A stretch of DNA of 60,545 bases, the filler included, from Platydemus manokwari (taxonomy: Eukaryota): the NCBI GenBank assembly GCA_037951405.1. It is 5 parts of 5 records of this genome, joined end to end, with 100 filler letters (N's around TTAATTAATTAA, not from the genome) between each part and the next. Parts side by side here need not be neighbours in the genome. Positions count along the whole stretch, not along the records: positions 51,393 to 60,545 come from JBBMOY011291651.1; 4 more parts are not named here. One strand, 5' to 3'. The notes beneath the pieces are model-generated. The model searched no databases. It worked only from the letters and a program-made list of their open reading frames with translations, and was not told where the DNA came from. A program made the position numbers and the translations under genes. Shown one piece after another: positions 54,401 to 60,545 of the stretch; position 1 is the stretch's first letter, and every line of letters begins with the position of its first letter.

Positions 54401-57256
54401 ATGAATTAATTGATGAAAATATTGAATCTAATAATAGCTCAAAATTATCTCTTTCATTGAGAGTAAAACATTATTATCATTTAAATCATGTAGGCCGATC
54501 ATAGCAAGGGGAAAACAAACCGAGACATTTAATTTGAAATAATCTAACATATTTTGCATTAGATTGAAATGAGAAGTTAAACATTTAGGTAAATTTATTG
54601 TGTGATCCTGAAAAATTGTCTCGGGTTATAGACCAGTCATTTAATTACAGTTAAATAAAAACAATAGATTGAGCATTTGATATTTTCTGCATATGTAAAA
54701 TACAAAATGGGGATTAAATTAAATAAGATAGACCTATTATTTGTAAAAATGTATTTTAATAAATGGTATACATACAGTATGACCCGTAATCGAGGAACCT
54801 TAAGAAAACCATTAGTATATGCTCAAAATCTGCAGATACCGAAAAATAATTTCATTTAAATATCAATTGAAAATCAACAAAGAAACACACTGAGAAACCA
54901 ATTTAAGAAAACAATCAATATTCACAGTAATTAAATGCGTGTACATGATATACGTATTGATTAAGCTCATCATCATTAGTTTTAAGCACCACAGAATTGA
55001 TGAATTTCGAGAATTTCACATACATTGCCTATAGTTATTTTGTGTATCCAAATCAATTTGTTTATCTCACAATACATGATTGTACTTTGACCAAAAATAA
55101 TGTAAATCAGATCTACTAACAGACAACACGGTTAATTATATGATTTAGATTCACAAATCTAGGTAAACGAAATGATTTTCATTTATATTAATCACTTCTA
55201 TAAATTAAGCCAGTTGATTTATATCGATCTGCATTTAATAATTTGTTAATATTTGACTTTTCAGTAGTCTAGAGTCTAATGATTTGTAATGATTACCATG
55301 ATTAATAAACAGAATTAGAACTAAAGATTCGGTGAATAATTTTTCAAAGAGATGTGTTTCTTAATTTTGTGCACCAATGAGAATTTTTTTTATAAACTGG
55401 AATTTAAACAGATTACTTTTATAATATTTCATTATTAGAGAATATTTAAACAAACTGAAATTTCGAATAATTTATTAATGGAAATTTCAACGAAAAATTA
55501 TTCCCATTAATATATAGTAAATTAAAATCACAAAAATAAATGGTAAACATTTGTTTACCCGAAGGTTTAAGTTACTCTATGGATTAATGTTTTACTGAAA
55601 TTGTGGACTTTAGTATTGAAATTTGGCAAACAACATTGATGTGTATTTGAACAATGAATTTGCACGATTTTAATTCAGATAAATTTGTGGGTGTTTTTCA
55701 CTTTTGAAATCAGCGTTTTATTTCTTTTCATTAAAATATTCTTAATAGGATTTTTTATTTCACAAAAATGGGTTTAAAGCTAACATGAAAAATGATGGCA
55801 ATGCACTTAAATTGGCCCGATTCATTAATATTAATAACTTCTAAGTTCTAAGACTTAATGACGGATATGGATTCAATTGTCCGTCAATAACAAAGAATTT
55901 CATTTCATAATTGATAGTTCAATTTATCAACATAAATGCTGCCATCGTGCAAATAAACTTTGAAGTTAATTTAAAAAAAAACAGAATTCAGGTTTTATCT
56001 TTAAAATTAGAAACAACTTTATTCGTATAAGAATATTATCTATGTGATTGTAAATTTCATTTCTCAATAAACGTTATGTAGTTTATTGTATTTTTTTTAC
56101 CCGGAAGAAGTATTCATGGTCGATTTAAATCTGTTAATTTCTTTGTTCAACTTGATTTCAAAGATCTGTGTTATGATGCGTTACTTTATTTTATTGGAAT
56201 TATGCTGACTAATATTACCTTGCCATTTATTTAACTTTAACTTATATTTATTTTGATGTTACAATAATTAAGAATTGCTCTTTTTGTACACTAAAAATAA
56301 CTTAAATTATAAATAACGGCTCTTGTTGTATATTAAGTATATTAAGTTGTATATTAAGTATGTTAAGTATTAAATAGAGATAATAATGGTTTTGGAAGTG
56401 GTCTTCAACTTGTACAAGCGAAAAATTAATGAGTATATTAAAATGGATAAATCAAAATTATTCAATGATTTTACAAATCAAGATTTGTTTTATTTTCAAT
56501 TCGGTTTTGTTATTGGTCAAATGGTATTGATTTTTGCAAGCATACAGTTGATAATGCATACCTACGATGTGGTGCCAATGAATCACTAATAGAGAAGTTC
56601 TAGAATTTGTGTCTTAAATGGATCTAGAATATCTTAAAAATAATTATCAATATTTTAATAAAAGGTTTTTACTGGTCTGTATTATTAATAATTCACTTTT
56701 CGAATAAATATTTTTCTATGAAAATTTCAATGTAATACTATTATCTAATTAATATAAATACGATGTTATAAAATACATTAAATTCAGCAATAATAATTCA
56801 AAAATATCGGTATAATATGATTGTGTAATCAATTTTCTAAATTAATCTCTACCAAAAGAGAAAAGCGAGACATAAACTCCGTGATTCCAAAAATATTGAC
56901 AAATAAAATCGTCCTAGACAGGGAAAGAGAATTTTCTTTGGAAAGAATTATTTTATTTACAATTACGCCCAATATGATAAAAAGAAACTATAAAATTATA
57001 ATATTTATTTTACCATCTTTAATTTATAATTTGATAATTTAATATTAAATTAACCTACATCATATTATAATATGAAAATTAAATTTATAAATCAAAACTA
57101 ACTTCATGATTGATTTTTCGATTTTAGTTTCTTAGTGATTATTTGAAATTTGAAATTCATTTTTATTTATAGTCAAAAGAAAGATATCAAAAATATAATT
57201 TATTACACCAATATAAATAAATCAACAACTAATGATTGTTGTATCCAAGCAATTGT

Positions 57257-57916
57257 TTAATAACTGTCAGTGATGTGTCTTTGAGCACCGAAACTCACAC
57301 CTGAAGCATTAGCCATTTTATTTGTTCCCATTTGCAAGCTAATCTCAGCTTGACCAGATCGTAATTGCTCTTCGGTAAATTCTCGTTTATTTTCTTGATG
57401 TTTAGCCATCCAAAAATCTTTCGGTCCATTGTAATTAGGTTTGCTTTGAGCTTCAATTCCTAATTGTGAAAGACAGACAATTACTTGGTTAAGATTAGTT
57501 TGTTCAAATAATTGATCGGTTTGGAATTCGAATGCCGATTTCAAACCGAATTTCGAACAGAAGCCTAAGAATAAACCAATTCGTTCTCGTTGGCGGTTTG
57601 TTTCGAAAATTGGTTTATCAGAAACAACCCATGTCTTTCCTTTAAGTTGTTCTGCATAACTTGAATCTAATGCGGCCATCAAATATCCTAATACAAGACC
57701 ATCAAACAAATATTTGTGGTAATCATCCATTTGACATTCTTGAACATTGGCAGGAATTTTATTGAAAGCTTCTTGAATATGTGAAGGAACAGATGCTCTA
57801 AGCATTTGAATCCAACGCAATGTTTTGGCTGCTTCTCCCTTATCGAATTGAGCAGCTAATTTTTCTTGAACGTCCTTAGCGAAACCAGACTTTGCAGCAC
57901 GATAATTTTGAGCCAT
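57257..57916 (-). CDS. Myophilin/transgelin (calponin family) protein, 219 aa, intronless
   Basis: Starts MAQNYRAAKSGFAKDVQEKL, has a CH domain (FQTDQLFEQTNLNQVIVCLSQLG), ENKREFTEEQLRSGQ and one calponin repeat ISLQMGTNKMANASGVSFGAQRHI. Confidence 0.93.
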   Translation of the reverse strand: MAQNYRAAKSGFAKDVQEKLAAQFDKGEAAKTLRWIQMLRASVPSHIQEAFNKIPANVQECQMDDYHKYLFDGLVLGYLMAALDSSYAEQLKGKTWVVSDKPIFETNRQRERIGLFLGFCSKFGLKSAFEFQTDQLFEQTNLNQVIVCLSQLGIEAQSKPNYNGPKDFWMAKHQENKREFTEEQLRSGQAEISLQMGTNKMANASGVSFGAQRHITDSY

Positions 57917-57954
57917 TGTAATTTTTGTTAGTATATTTGATTCCAAACAACTTG

Positions 57955-57962
57955 TATTTATA
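57955..57962 (-). promoter_or_regulatory. TATA box (TATAAATA) upstream of myophilin gene
   Basis: cgtgTATAAATAcaag on the minus strand, ~40 nt upstream of the ATG. Confidence 0.5.
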
Positions 57963-59193
57963 CACGATTGGCAAAGCTATGTGCAAATAATAAAGTTGAT
58001 GTGTATTGATTAAACATGCATGTATTCACCAACCTCACGTCTAGTGTCTGAAAATCTTTTGTTTGTATTGTTGTGTGTATCGATTTAATTGTAATAGTGG
58101 TTGGAATGCCTGAGTCAAGACACACACTGTATTTGGATAGAGAATCAATTTAATTTTTCTATGCATGCCTTTTTCATAATGTAAAATTCTTTCGCATGCA
58201 AACTTTCGTATTTGTTACCAACTCATCCGATATTTGAGTCTGCTGATTTGTTTATCCGTAATTCTAGGTGGAAATAATTTTAGTTTTCATTCTTACAATG
58301 TAATGGGGAAATCCCTTATTATATCCTCAATCCTAGCAATGATCGGTACTGCAATACTAATGCCTATGAAGAGGAGTGCAATGAATTGTATAATTAATCT
58401 TTTGAATCACTTGTAGTGGCTCGCGATAATTTCCTATTTATTGATTACGAATAAGTACGCTTAGATTTAAAATGGTGTTGAAATTAATAATCAGCATAAT
58501 ATTAGTCAGACAACTTGAAATAAATTCAATCAATAATAAAACGTAAATTTAATTATGATTTGACAAAACATGGATTTCAGAACATGGATTTTCTAATTTT
58601 TTAATAATTTGTATGGACGAATTTTCATATTTGTTTTATTAGTCTGTTATTTATTATAATTTTCTTTCATTGAGACGTCATTCAGTCTGATACCATGTTT
58701 CATATTGTGACTCATTTACTAGTATTGATTGTTCCTTTGTTGATTTCTAAAAATTAGATATATAGAAGGAAAAATATTGGTGCATTTAAAATATAAGCAC
58801 ATTAAATGAAAGATTTTTGCAAAAATGGTAACTTATCATTAATGCACTGTTCAAGTCAGAGTGAGCATTTTATTATTTAAGATTGGTTTCTGATTTGGTT
58901 CATTTTGTTAATGTAAATAAATGATCTTGAGAATACTTGATAAATTCCTATTTTGATATTCAATCAATATGAATCTTTGATAAGGCCTATTATAGAGTAA
59001 TTCAAAAATTCACACAAAGATAACATTCACAGAGGTAGGTAGATGAATAATATATACAGATGTATTGTAAAAAATCTTGATGTTGTGAAGGAAGCGACGA
59101 GAATAATATTTGTTATATATAAAGCGAGAAATTTTATCGGTAATTTAGCCTACAGAAACACAATAATAATGATATGTCTATGATTAATGTTTG

Positions 59194-59354
59194 NNNNNNN
59201 NNNNNNNNNNNNNNNNNNNNNNNNNNNNNNNNNNNNNNNNNNNNNNNNNNNNNNNNNNNNNNNNNNNNNNNNNNNNNNNNNNNNNNNNNNNNNNNNNNNN
59301 NNNNNNNNNNNNNNNNNNNNNNNNNNNNNNNNNNNNNNNNNNNNNNNNNNNNNN
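59194..59354. other. Sized assembly gap (plain N run)
   Basis: 161 N without linker. Confidence 0.95.
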
Positions 59355-60545
59355 GTGACTGTGAGGGTTGTTTGAATCAGCAGAAATAGCGATTCATAAA
59401 ATTAGTATTTGTAATCAATACCATTACATAAAGTTGTCAAGCTTCATCAAACGTTAATTTTGATTCACAACATATTTTAATTTTCCGATAAACTCATAGT
59501 GAATTTAAGCTCTAAAATAAATTTCTTGTTGTATAGGATTATAAATTTTTCGATTGCTATTTTTCCAAATCATTTCCAATGATATTTTTCCGAAATGGAT
59601 TGTTATCGATGAACCAAACAAGAATTTTCTCTTGACAGAATATTTGTTATTATATCCTGTGTAAATGGCCTTTAATGTTAATGTCTGACCGAATAAATAT
59701 ACAAATATCGATTTATTTGTGACTTAATTGAATGACATTGTACTATAATTCAAGCATATAATCAGCTGTTTTAAAAATAGATATTTTATTATTGTTTTAT
59801 TTGGAATCGGCTAGATATATTTAGGTCTAGTTAAGAACAAACGATAACAATTATCATATATTGTAAGATTATCAAATCGATAGAAGGTAATTCAATAAAC
59901 TATAATCGGCCAAATGACCAAAATCACAAGCTCTAAAAATTAAAGAAAATCACTCCAAGAATAGAAGATATTTTCACTAAGAACTACCGATCATAAAGAC
60001 TGTCAAATCTTCTAGAGATTTAATTTTTCATAGACTGTGCTGTTGGTGTGTGTTCATTTACTGCTTAAAATCATACTTTTCATTCGTTAGAACCGTTTCA
60101 AGACTTGTCCATGAATATAATTGGCAGATTTTCTTCCATCGTTTTTTCTATAATTAAATTTCAATGTTTGTTACTTTCTGTTAATGTTCACCAATGAAAA
60201 ATCGAAATCCAAAAAGAGTGTTGATTCGAAGGTCTCTTATTGGCTACTGGCACTTACATACCTTGTGCATACATGTTCACCCGATGGTTTTGATTAGGAA
60301 TTTTGTTCAATTTTATCCTATTCTACATGTTATCATTATTTTCGATAAAATGCAAAACTCATTGATTTTATTTATCTTCCAGTACTTACAAATTCAATCT
60401 TATAGTAACATGTGTATGACAAGGCATTCACATCAATTATTAATTAGTGAAAATGTAGTAACATAGAAAATAAATACACCATATGCATTTATAATTAATT
60501 AATTTGAAATCTCACAAGTGAAGATATTTAATGCAATAATGTATT

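Noticed and set aside
60194-60466. 90-aa ORF, and minus-strand RYVSAS resembling a Helitron Rep motif
   Set aside because: Six-residue match followed by a stop; no other Rep/helicase motifs recognised.

Overview
AT-rich eukaryotic genomic DNA with short GT-AG introns, most consistent with a free-living flatworm (planarian); the organism is an inference from gene content and composition. Four 100-nt N/TTAATTAATTAA/N assembly spacers and one plain N gap split it, so adjacency across them is uncertain. Genes reconstructed exon by exon: the 5' part of a ZFHX3/4 (zfh2/ATBF1)-type zinc-finger gene (-), a divergent TFIIE-beta (+), the 5' half of OSBP (+), a 6-exon GLUT/SGTP1-like glucose transporter (-), an unassigned 563-aa protein (-), a 7-exon GST-zeta (-), tRNA-Glu(CTC) in a 306-bp repeat unit (-) and an intronless myophilin/transgelin (-). 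Decayed Gypsy, pogo/Tigger and probable Polinton fragments lie between them. The most interesting unexplained signal is upstream of the zfhx start. Two GC-elevated non-coding islands (~3900-4750 and ~7700-8180) sit inside plausible minus-strand exons, are rich in hairpins, and share several 9-10-nt complementary words. The first also carries a perfect 16-nt long-range inverted repeat. This suggests a ~1.6-kb spliced, highly structured 5' leader or structured lncRNA; it is a hypothesis that needs folding and transcript data.
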